In this document: positions 55,649 to 64,000 of the stretch, piece after piece
Layout: the number at the start of each line of letters is the position of its first letter
Position numbering within the stretch: the stretch's first letter is position 1
From: an uncultured Prevotellaceae bacterium
GTDB taxonomy: Bacteria; Bacteroidota; Bacteroidia; Bacteroidales; Bacteroidaceae
Direction: 5' to 3'
DNA: 64,000 nt
Assembly (NCBI GenBank): GCA_900318795.1
Contig: ONLU01000019.1
Coordinates: forward strand, 178-64,177
Notes under the pieces: model-generated
Database searches by the model: none
What the model was told of the DNA's origin: nothing
What the model saw: the letters and a program-made list of their open reading frames with translations, nothing else
Position numbers and translations under genes: made by a program

Positions 55649-57784
55649 TTATACTTTTTTCAACACAACTGCCGAACGAGCAGGAATATAAAGTTTCAAC
55701 CACTCCTTGTGGTCTTTTACATAAAGCGGGTCGTAATTAGTGACATGGGTAACACTGTCGTCAGCGAATCCATTGCCGCCAAACTCTTTTGCATCCGTAT
55801 TGAGCACCACCTCGTAACTGCCCGTAGGCACCAGGAATCCGTAGTCTGTATAACTACGCGTAGGCGAGAAGTTGAATACGAAGACAAGGTCGCCACGCAT
55901 GTAGCACAATACCTGATCACCGTCATCGTGCCAAATTTCCGTGACCGGTGTTGCCTGGAAGTTCTTCTGCGATTTAATGACCTCAAGCATCTTTTGGTCG
56001 AAGTCACCCAGCCAATGGTAGCACAGATCCTTATTATCAACAAGGTTCCACTGACGACGAGCATACTTGTATGACCAGCCGTTACCTTCACGTGGGAAGT
56101 CTATCCACTCGGGATGTCCGAACTCATTACCCATAAAATTCAGATAGCCACCATTGATGGCTCCTGCCGTCACCAGGCGTATCATCTTGTGCAAAGCGAT
56201 ACCACGCTGAGCCAAATCATTAACATCCTTTTTGGCAAAGTGCCAGTACATGTCTGCGTCAATGAGGCGGAAAATGATAGTTTTGTCGCCCACCAGTGCC
56301 TGGTCGTGACTCTCGCAGTACGAGATAGTCTTCTCGTCAGGACGACGATTCTTGACCTCCCAGAAGATGGAGCAGACATTGATATCCTCGTCACGTACCT
56401 CTTTAATAGTTTTAATCCAGTAGTCGGGTATGTTCATGGCCATGCGGTAATCAAAGCCGTAGCCGCCATCCTCAAACTTGGCAGCCAGACCTGGCATACC
56501 ACTCACTTCCTCTGCAATGGTGATAGCCTGAGGATTAACCTCGTGAATCAGACAGTTAGCGAGCGTGAGATAGCAGATGGCATTGTCGTCCTCGTGACCG
56601 TTGAAGTAGTCACCATAGCCTCCGAAAGCCTCGCCCAAGCCGTGCGAGTAGTAGAGCATAGAGGTCACACCGTCGAAGCGGAATCCGTCAAACTTGAACT
56701 CTTCCAGCCAGTATTTGCAGTTAGAGAGCAAGAAGTGCAGCACATCATCCTTTCCATAGTCGAAACACAGAGAATCCCATGCGGGATGCTCATGACGATC
56801 ACCTGCATAAAAGAACTGGTTGGGGTCACCGGCAAGATTGCCCAAGCCTTCCACCTCGTTCTTTACCGCGTGCGAGTGTACAATATCCATAATAACCGCA
56901 ATACCCAGCTTGTGGGCCGTATCAATCATCTCCTTCAGCTCCTCAGGAGTACCGAAACGGCTCGAAGGAGCAAAGAACGATGATACATGATAACCGAAGC
57001 TGCCATAATAAGGATGCTCTTGAATAGCCATCACTTGAATGGCATTGTAGCCGTCCTTCTTGACGCGAGGCAACACATTCTCAGTAAACTCCTTATAGGT
57101 ACCCACCTTCTCGGCATCCTGACTCATACCCACGTGGCACTCGTAAATCAACAGAGGAGACTTATTGGGCTTGAAGGTCTTTTTCTTCCATACATAAGGT
57201 TTCTCTGGGTTCCACACCTGGGCAGAGAAAATCTTCGTTTGGTCATCTTGTACCACACGACGGCACCAAGCGGGAATACGCTCACCCTCGCCACCGTTCC
57301 AGTGTACCTTCATCTTGTACAACTGTCCATGCTTCAGGGCTTTTTCCGAGAGTTTCAGTTCCCAGTTGCCTGTTCCTTCAATACGCTTACAGCGATATTT
57401 CTCTGTTTCCTGCCAATTGTTGAAATCACCAATCAAATAAATATCCGTAGCATTGGGAGCCCACTCACGGAACACCCATCCCTTCGCCAACTTATGCAAA
57501 CCAAAATAAAGATGACCCGAGGCAAACTGCGACAGAGTCTGCTTACCGTTACGAGTCAGCTGACCTATTTTCCACAGGGCATGATCATGACGGCCACGAA
57601 TCGCGCCTTCAAAAGGTTCAAGCCATGAGTCGTTACGAACCAATCCAATATGCAGAGGTTCTTCTACCTTCTTAACAACCTTCTTTGAAGCTGTTTTTTT
57701 CGGAGCAGCCTTCTTGACCGTTGTTTTTTTTGCGGGAGCAGCTACTTTAGCTGCTGATGTCGTCGTTTTTTTTGTCGTTGCCAT
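55649..57784 (-). CDS. glgB: 1,4-alpha-glucan branching enzyme (GH13)
   Basis: FREWAPNA, IYECHVGM, SFGYHV, DIVHSH, DGFRFDGVTSM, AEEVSG, YCESHDQ and NFMGNEFGHPEW motifs. Confidence 0.94.
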   Translation of the reverse strand: MATTKKTTTSAAKVAAPAKKTTVKKAAPKKTASKKVVKKVEEPLHIGLVRNDSWLEPFEGAIRGRHDHALWKIGQLTRNGKQTLSQFASGHLYFGLHKLAKGWVFREWAPNATDIYLIGDFNNWQETEKYRCKRIEGTGNWELKLSEKALKHGQLYKMKVHWNGGEGERIPAWCRRVVQDDQTKIFSAQVWNPEKPYVWKKKTFKPNKSPLLIYECHVGMSQDAEKVGTYKEFTENVLPRVKKDGYNAIQVMAIQEHPYYGSFGYHVSSFFAPSSRFGTPEELKEMIDTAHKLGIAVIMDIVHSHAVKNEVEGLGNLAGDPNQFFYAGDRHEHPAWDSLCFDYGKDDVLHFLLSNCKYWLEEFKFDGFRFDGVTSMLYYSHGLGEAFGGYGDYFNGHEDDNAICYLTLANCLIHEVNPQAITIAEEVSGMPGLAAKFEDGGYGFDYRMAMNIPDYWIKTIKEVRDEDINVCSIFWEVKNRRPDEKTISYCESHDQALVGDKTIIFRLIDADMYWHFAKKDVNDLAQRGIALHKMIRLVTAGAINGGYLNFMGNEFGHPEWIDFPREGNGWSYKYARRQWNLVDNKDLCYHWLGDFDQKMLEVIKSQKNFQATPVTEIWHDDGDQVLCYMRGDLVFVFNFSPTRSYTDYGFLVPTGSYEVVLNTDAKEFGGNGFADDSVTHVTNYDPLYVKDHKEWLKLYIPARSAVVLKKV

Positions 57785-57790
57785 AGTCGT

Positions 57791-58237
57791 CTATGCTTTT
57801 ACTTTAAAAATAGCTTTCTTGATTTCAGGAACACCGGCAATGCAGGGAGCATGACCATCCTGAGGGAAGAAAATGGCCATCATGCCCGGCTGGCATGTAA
57901 TATAGCTGTCAGCAGCCAAATCTGGAATCTTGGTGATGTCCTTCTCGGCATTGTACTCTGCCTCAGGCAGTGCATCGCGCTGGGTGTAGCCAAAGGTTTC
58001 CGCATCTGAAAGAGGTATCTGGATGTCTATCATATTGTTATGAGTCTCTATAATTGCCTCTGCTGGAGTACGGCCCTTAGCCATTTGGATGTTAACAAAG
58101 AGGTCTTTGCCAACAATCTCATGCTTACCAGCCTCCAGCGCGTTGAGGTCGTTCTGCTGAAGAAATTCCACTACTTTGGGGAACAAAGGGTTCACCGATG
58201 CATAGTTTTTCAAGTTCTCAAGTTTGTCAATAATCAT
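57791..58237 (-). CDS. YhcH/YjgK/YiaL-family protein
   Basis: ETHNNMIDIQ, FFPQDGHAP and KKAIFKV motifs. Confidence 0.88.
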   Translation of the reverse strand: MIIDKLENLKNYASVNPLFPKVVEFLQQNDLNALEAGKHEIVGKDLFVNIQMAKGRTPAEAIIETHNNMIDIQIPLSDAETFGYTQRDALPEAEYNAEKDITKIPDLAADSYITCQPGMMAIFFPQDGHAPCIAGVPEIKKAIFKVKA

Positions 58238-58265
58238 AATTTGTATGGTTTTAAGTAGTTAAACA

Positions 58266-59390
58266 TTAATTTCTATTTCTGTCCTCTCTGCGCTGACCGC
58301 GAATATAGATTCCTTGGGCCGTTACATTGCCGTTACGGTCCTTTTCTATGAAGTTCCCGTCCCGACGGTCATCTACATAGCTGCCTTCAAAACGATTGCC
58401 TTGCTTATCCTCCTCTATTGCAGGTCCATTGCGCTTGCCATTACTGAAATGCCCCTTGAACTTAGAGCCGTCAGCATAGCGAGCGATACCTTCACCGTGT
58501 ATCCTCCCGTTCTTGAATTGTCCTTCAAAGACGTCACCGTTCTTGCTGGTCAGTTTACCACGACCATTAGGCAAGTCCTGTTTCCACTCGCCCTGATAGA
58601 CATCACCGTTCTTCCATACCAAAATGCCCTGTCCGGACTTATCACCGTTAAGAAACTGCCCTGAATACTTATCACCATTAGCATAGCGGAAGACACCCTG
58701 ACCTGTACGCTGACCTTTTACATAGTCTCCTTCGTAGACATCGCCGTTTTGGAATTTATAGATACCCTTGCCATGTTGTAGGTCATTCTGGAACAGTCCT
58801 ACATAATTGTCGCCGTTGGCATAGCGATAGGTTCCTTTACCACTTTGGTGGTCATCCAACCACTGACCGTCGTACGAAGAACCGTCACCCCAGTCAAAAT
58901 GACCATGTCCATTTTTCTTGTCCCCTTTCCATTCTCCTTCGTAGTAAGCACCTCCCTTGAAAGTATAGCGTCCCTTGCCATGACGTAGATCAGCCTTCCA
59001 CTGACCGTCATAGCAATCACCATTAAAATAATCCATCACGCCGTGCCCCTCACGATCGTCACGATACCACAAACCCGAATATTTGTTGTTGTTGGAATAA
59101 TAGTAGGTACCCTGTCCGTGTTGGTGGTCTTGAATCCAACCGCCTTCATAGCGTTCACCGTCGGCAAAGGTATACGTTCCAAAGCCTTGCCGCTTACCTT
59201 TCACATAGTCGCCCTCATACATATCGCCGTCTTTCCACAAGGTTTTCCCTTTGCCATAAGGTTTGCCAGACTGCATCTCACCTTGATAGATGCCACCATC
59301 TTTAAAAGTATACGACCCCAAGGTTATCTTTTGTGCTGACATTGTCAGCGATACACATGTGAATACAAAGAAGAATATATAGCGTTTCAT
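58266..59390 (-). CDS. Secreted MORN-repeat protein
   Basis: Signal peptide followed by about 14 repeats of YxGxWxxxxxHGxGxYxxxxG. Confidence 0.9.
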   Translation of the reverse strand: MKRYIFFFVFTCVSLTMSAQKITLGSYTFKDGGIYQGEMQSGKPYGKGKTLWKDGDMYEGDYVKGKRQGFGTYTFADGERYEGGWIQDHQHGQGTYYYSNNNKYSGLWYRDDREGHGVMDYFNGDCYDGQWKADLRHGKGRYTFKGGAYYEGEWKGDKKNGHGHFDWGDGSSYDGQWLDDHQSGKGTYRYANGDNYVGLFQNDLQHGKGIYKFQNGDVYEGDYVKGQRTGQGVFRYANGDKYSGQFLNGDKSGQGILVWKNGDVYQGEWKQDLPNGRGKLTSKNGDVFEGQFKNGRIHGEGIARYADGSKFKGHFSNGKRNGPAIEEDKQGNRFEGSYVDDRRDGNFIEKDRNGNVTAQGIYIRGQRREDRNRN

Positions 59391-59501
59391 TACTTTTTCA
59401 ATTAAAAACTTTACAAAGGTATAAAAAATAATCGAGACAGCCTTGGGTTTTCAAAAAAATTCACTAATTTTGCGAACTGATTAAGAATTTTAAGAGACAT
59501 T

Positions 59502-60245
59502 ATGAATTTCACAGCTATTATTCCCGCCCGCTATGCCTCTACACGTTTCCCTGGCAAACCGCTGGCATTGCTTGGCAACAAGCCCGTCATTCAGCATGTT
59601 TACGAACAGGCTTCTTCTGTACTCAGTGAAGTATGGGTAGCCACGGACGACGACCGCATCCGCGAAGCCGTCGAGAAGTTTGGCGGTCGCGTGGTGATGA
59701 CTCGCGCGGATCACAAAAGCGGTACTGACCGCATTGAGGAAGCCGCAGAGGAAACAGGCACTCAAGCGGATGTTATCATCAACATCCAAGGCGATGAACC
59801 ATTCGTCCAACCATCTCAAATAAAAACTCTAATGCAACTATTTGACAATGCTGATACTCAGATAGGTACACTCGGAAAGCATTTTGAGAATATAGAAGCA
59901 GTCAACAACCCTAATTCTCCCAAAATCGTCACCGACAAACAGGGATTTGCCCTCTACTTCAGCCGCTCTGTCATACCTTACATAAGAGGTGCTCAAGATA
60001 ACGAATGGTTGTCACATTTCCCATTCCTCAAACACCTGGGGCTCTACGCTTATCGGCGTGAGGTATTACACGAAATAACGCAACTCCCCCAGTCGTCCCT
60101 CGAGATTGCAGAGAGTCTGGAACAGTTGCGTTGGCTTGAGAACGGATATCGCATCCGCGTAGGACTCACCGATGTCGAAACCGTAGGCATTGACACTCCC
60201 GAAGACTTGCAACGAGCAGAAGAATTCCTGAAAAACAGGAACTAA
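59502..60245 (+). CDS. kdsB: CMP-Kdo synthetase
   Basis: IPARYASTRFPGKPL, SGTDR, NIQGDEP, LYFSRS and ESLEQLRWL motifs. Confidence 0.96.
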   Translation: MNFTAIIPARYASTRFPGKPLALLGNKPVIQHVYEQASSVLSEVWVATDDDRIREAVEKFGGRVVMTRADHKSGTDRIEEAAEETGTQADVIINIQGDEPFVQPSQIKTLMQLFDNADTQIGTLGKHFENIEAVNNPNSPKIVTDKQGFALYFSRSVIPYIRGAQDNEWLSHFPFLKHLGLYAYRREVLHEITQLPQSSLEIAESLEQLRWLENGYRIRVGLTDVETVGIDTPEDLQRAEEFLKNRN

Positions 60246-60898
60246 CTTTGCTGCATTTGCTTTAGCAAGTCTTTTTGTCGCTCCGTCAGATTGGCAGGCA
60301 GTCTTACCTGATAGGTCAGTATCAGGTCTGTACCTCCCCTGCCCTTACCACGCAGTCGCACTTTTGTACCCGGCTGGGTTTCGGGTTTCACTTTCAGGCG
60401 CAAGCGCTCACCCGTACCCGTTGTAACCATCACATCTCCACCAAGCAAAGCAGTATAAAGATCAATGGTCACCGTCGCCTGAGTATTTGTAGGTTTCTCT
60501 TGGTATACCCGCTGACCTCCTCGTACACCCATTCCCCCGAACAAATCCTGGAAGAACGACGAAAAGCCTCCACTACCTGTAAACTGCGAGAAGTCAAAGC
60601 CATCAAAGCCTCCTCCGCCAAAGCCACTATAACCACCCGCGCCACCGCCCGAAGCACGTTCGTAAGCATCGGCTTGCTGCCATTGCTCACCATATTTATC
60701 ATACTTGGCACGCTTTTCGGGGTCACCAATCACGTCATAAGCCTCCTGCAATGCCTGAAACTTGGCTTTCGCCTTGGGGTCATCGGGATGCAGATCTGGA
60801 TGAAATTGCTTGGCACGCTTCAGGTATGCGCGTTTGACATCCTTCTGCGCTATCGTCTTGTCGACACCTAAAATCTTGTAATAGTCAATAAATGCCAT
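60242..60898 (-). CDS. Short DnaJ/CbpA-like J-domain protein
   Basis: DYYKILGV, HPD motif, G/F-rich region, one C-terminal subdomain, no zinc finger. Confidence 0.88.
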   Translation of the reverse strand: MAFIDYYKILGVDKTIAQKDVKRAYLKRAKQFHPDLHPDDPKAKAKFQALQEAYDVIGDPEKRAKYDKYGEQWQQADAYERASGGGAGGYSGFGGGGFDGFDFSQFTGSGGFSSFFQDLFGGMGVRGGQRVYQEKPTNTQATVTIDLYTALLGGDVMVTTGTGERLRLKVKPETQPGTKVRLRGKGRGGTDLILTYQVRLPANLTERQKDLLKQMQQS

Positions 60899-61000
60899 AT
60901 ACTAAGTCCTCCTAAATTATTTTAATTTTCTCTACCAGGAAAACAGCAAAAAGTGTACCAAAGATTTGTCATTAGCGTTTTTTTTTGTACCTTTGCACGT

Positions 61001-62728
61001 ATGAAACAATTTATCATCATCACATTGGCCCTTCTGAGCCTCAGTACTATGCCAACTACTGCCAAGAATAATAAGACTATAACGCTACGTATCATAGAAA
61101 CCAGCGACGTACACGGAGCCTTCTTTCCATACGATTTCATTGAGCGCCGTCCTATGAACGGCACAATGGCCCGTGTCAGCACTTACTTGAAACGCCAGCG
61201 ACAGAAATTCGGCAACCGGCTTATCCTCCTAGACAACGGAGACATCCTTCAAGGACAGCCTACCTGCTACTACAGCAACTACGTCAAGACAGACTTGCCC
61301 AACGTCGCTGCAGAAGTTATCAACTATTTAAAATACGACGCAGAAGTTTTTGGCAATCACGATATTGAGACCGGACATACAGTGTATGACAAATGGATTC
61401 GCGATCTCAGCTGTCCCACTCTTGGAGCCAACATTATAGACACCAAGAGCGGCAAGCCCTACGTGGAGCCCTATCTGATGCTGGAGCGTAACGGAGTACG
61501 CATAGCCGTATTAGGGATGCTGACACCAGCCATCCCCAATTGGTTGCATCAGAATTTGTGGTCTGGTATGCGATTCGAAGAAATGGTAAGCTGTGCCCGC
61601 AAGTGGGTCAAGACGCTACGCGAACAGGAGAAAGCCGATGTCATTATTGGGCTCTTCCATAGCGGCTGGGATGGTGGAATATCCACCCCGCACTATAACG
61701 AGGACGCCACAAAGAAGGTGGCAGAAGAAGTAGAAGGCTTTAACGTCATTTTCTTCGGGCACGACCATACCGAGCACAACAGCACCTTGCCCAACGGAGT
61801 GCTCTGTCTTGATCCCTCATGCAACGCTACCAAGGTAGCACAAGCCACTATTCAGTGTTCATTTATCAACGGCCACTGGGCTGTCACCCATAAACAAGGC
61901 GAAATCATTGACATCACCAAAGAGGCTGTTGACGAAGACTATGTCAAGCACTTCCAGCCACAAATTGACAGCATCCGCCAATTCGTTGAACAGCCTATCG
62001 GAACCTTCCTCACTTCCATGAACTCACGCGATGCTTTTTTTGGCACTGCTGCTTTTGTAGACTACATCCACGACCTCCAGCTGGCACATACCGGAGCTGA
62101 CGTTTCTTTCAATGCGCCCTTGCAGTTCGACACCGAGGTCAGGAAAGGCACCGTATACATGAGCGATATGTTCAAGCTTTATCGCTATGAGAACCAGATT
62201 TACACGCTGCGCATGACCGGCCGTGAGATACGTCAGCACCTGGAGATGTCCTACAACCTTTGGGTGAACACCATGCAGACACCGGATGACCATATCATGC
62301 TACTCTCCGACCAATCATGGGACGACAAACAACGCATGGGCTTTAAGAACCTGACGTTCAACTTCGACTCGGCAGCCGGCATTGACTACGAGGTAGACGT
62401 TACCAAGCCTAACGGGCAGAAAGTACACATTCTCCGCTTCAGTGACGGTCGTCCTTTCGAGGAAGACCGATGGTACCGGGTTGCCATGAACAGCTATCGC
62501 GGAAATGGCGGCGGCGAACTGCTGGTACGCGGTGCCGGTATTCCCATGGACTCCATACCCTCGCGTATCATATATATGAGTCCACGTGACCAGCGGTACT
62601 ATCTCACCGAGAAAATCCGCCAAGAGGGCGACGTCACTCCCCAAGCCCACCACAACTGGCGTTTCGTCCCCACCGAATGGGCAGAGCCTGCCATTTTGCG
62701 TGACCGCAAACTAATCTTCAAAGAATAA
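61001..62728 (+). CDS. Bifunctional 5'-nucleotidase / 2',3'-cyclic phosphodiesterase family protein
   Basis: Signal peptide; TSDVHG, DNGDILQG, GNHD, FHSG, GHDH, NFDSAAG and NSYRGNGGG motifs. Confidence 0.9.
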   Translation: MKQFIIITLALLSLSTMPTTAKNNKTITLRIIETSDVHGAFFPYDFIERRPMNGTMARVSTYLKRQRQKFGNRLILLDNGDILQGQPTCYYSNYVKTDLPNVAAEVINYLKYDAEVFGNHDIETGHTVYDKWIRDLSCPTLGANIIDTKSGKPYVEPYLMLERNGVRIAVLGMLTPAIPNWLHQNLWSGMRFEEMVSCARKWVKTLREQEKADVIIGLFHSGWDGGISTPHYNEDATKKVAEEVEGFNVIFFGHDHTEHNSTLPNGVLCLDPSCNATKVAQATIQCSFINGHWAVTHKQGEIIDITKEAVDEDYVKHFQPQIDSIRQFVEQPIGTFLTSMNSRDAFFGTAAFVDYIHDLQLAHTGADVSFNAPLQFDTEVRKGTVYMSDMFKLYRYENQIYTLRMTGREIRQHLEMSYNLWVNTMQTPDDHIMLLSDQSWDDKQRMGFKNLTFNFDSAAGIDYEVDVTKPNGQKVHILRFSDGRPFEEDRWYRVAMNSYRGNGGGELLVRGAGIPMDSIPSRIIYMSPRDQRYYLTEKIRQEGDVTPQAHHNWRFVPTEWAEPAILRDRKLIFKE

Positions 62729-62738
62729 TCTTTCACCT

Positions 62739-63521
62739 ATGACCACTCAATACTTCGTTTTTTGTCAGTCAGACCTTGTTCTGGAACGTCACGGTGACAA
62801 TTACCTGATACCCACCAATCCGCCAACCGAGATAAAGCCCTGGACAACCATCATGGACATTGACGGTGCCAAGGCCTACCGCATAGACCGTCCCATCACA
62901 GACTCCGAGCGCTACGAGATGTGCCCCCTACGGCAGTCGTACTACAAGCTCTCCAAGGCCGACTACCTAAAGGCCGGGAAATGTCAGGAACTGCTCTATT
63001 GGGACCAGAACACCAAGTTCTGCGGCGTCTGCGGTGGCCCGATGCATTTCGACACGCCTATTTCAAAGAAGTGCGACCATTGCGGCAAAGAGTTGTGGCC
63101 ATCGCTGGCCATTGCCATCATCGTTCTCATACGCCGCAAGGCGCGCATGCCTGCTGCCGACGGCTCATACAAGGACGAAGTTCTCCTGGTCCACGCCAAT
63201 AGTTTCCGCGACAACCACTATGGCTTGGTTGCTGGATTCGTTGAAACGGGCGAAACACTGGAGGAAGCGGTTTACCGCGAAGTCATGGAGGAGACCGGTC
63301 TGCACATCACCAACCTGCGCTATTTCGGTTCCCAGCCGTGGCCCTACCCTTGCGGACTCATGGTAGGTTTCACAGCCGACTACGACTACGGCAAGATTCA
63401 CTTGCAGCGCTCTGAGCTCTCCAAGGGAGCTTGGTTCGACCGGGACCACCTGCCTCATATTCCCGAGAAACTCAGTATAGCCCGGCAGCTCATCGACGCT
63501 TGGCTTGAGGATAGCAAATGA
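62739..63521 (+). CDS. nudC: NAD(H) diphosphatase
   Basis: FCGVCG...CDHCG zinc ribbon, AGFVETGETLEEAVYREVMEETG Nudix box and SQPWPYP. Confidence 0.94.
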   Translation: MTTQYFVFCQSDLVLERHGDNYLIPTNPPTEIKPWTTIMDIDGAKAYRIDRPITDSERYEMCPLRQSYYKLSKADYLKAGKCQELLYWDQNTKFCGVCGGPMHFDTPISKKCDHCGKELWPSLAIAIIVLIRRKARMPAADGSYKDEVLLVHANSFRDNHYGLVAGFVETGETLEEAVYREVMEETGLHITNLRYFGSQPWPYPCGLMVGFTADYDYGKIHLQRSELSKGAWFDRDHLPHIPEKLSIARQLIDAWLEDSK

Positions 63522-64000
63522 GACCACGAATCACCATAGCCAGGTTTCGGGACATCGCCGTGCTGGCGTTGTTGGTAGCTCTCAACCCGCTTATCAGCTA
63601 CAAGTCCGCCCCGCCCTGCATTTCCGATAAAGTGGAGATTCGGGTGAGCCGTCCTTTGCGAGCCGACTCAGCACAGTTGGAAGAGATGCGCTACTATTTC
63701 CGAAACCACAAAGTCACAGACGAAGGCTATAACCTCATTGCGCAATACTATAGTTTGCTTTCCAGGCAGGAGGGAAAGTATAGTCCGAGCGGCTTGACTG
63801 GTTCTACCGATTCTGCGAGCCAGTCCGTGCAAGCCGCCCCCGCCAAAGTAACCCGGGTCTACATCCGTGCCAAGGACCGCCTGCTGCCTGCCGTCGTCAT
63901 CGGCGGAGGCTACTGGAAGGCTGGACGTTTCCTGACGGGCACTCCCCAAGGCCCGACTATCCTGCACGACGAGGACGGGCACATCGTCAGCGCCGTCATG
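63518..64000 (+). CDS. Hypothetical exported protein, truncated by the window end
   Basis: ATGA overlap with nudC; frame open for 161 codons to the window edge (MRPRITIARFRDIAVLALLVALNP...). Confidence 0.65.
   Translation, partial: MRPRITIARFRDIAVLALLVALNPLISYKSAPPCISDKVEIRVSRPLRADSAQLEEMRYYFRNHKVTDEGYNLIAQYYSLLSRQEGKYSPSGLTGSTDSASQSVQAAPAKVTRVYIRAKDRLLPAVVIGGGYWKAGRFLTGTPQGPTILHDEDGHIVSAVM

Noticed and set aside
58266-59390. 69-bp periodicity
   Set aside because: Explained by 23-aa MORN repeats
60242-60245. Overlapping stop codons of the convergent kdsB and J-domain genes
   Set aside because: Common compact arrangement

Overview
Core-chromosome window from a Bacteroidales bacterium, most likely Prevotellaceae. 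This is inferred from repeated TAnnTTTG sigma-A promoter motifs and Bacteroidales-type gene order; no database search was run. It holds about 62 CDS, mostly housekeeping: rsmG, metH, smpB, nadE, queA, tex, uxaA, ssb, gldE, nspC, galE, recR, engB, the moxR-bat operon, rimO, ftsY, rpmG/rpmB, tsaD, map, htpG, dapA, glgB, kdsB and nudC. It also holds six intact tRNAs and one 5'-truncated tRNA-Gly. I see no integrase, transposase, prophage, CRISPR array or recognisable defence system. The best candidates for undescribed biology are: (1) an HU-TM-LysM protein next to a small HU, a possible DNA-to-peptidoglycan tether; (2) an RsbW/STAS pair with a kinase-like protein lacking its His box; (3) a histone-H1-like N-terminal tail on GlgB; (4) non-coding repeat families (7-bp arrays in promoters and inside CDSs, 21-22-bp palindromic arrays, a 34-bp duplication with an inverted copy, and an 18-bp motif at two distant sites); (5) an AraC cluster that appears to have captured the promoter of a destroyed LD-carboxypeptidase gene. 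All functional interpretations are untested inference.
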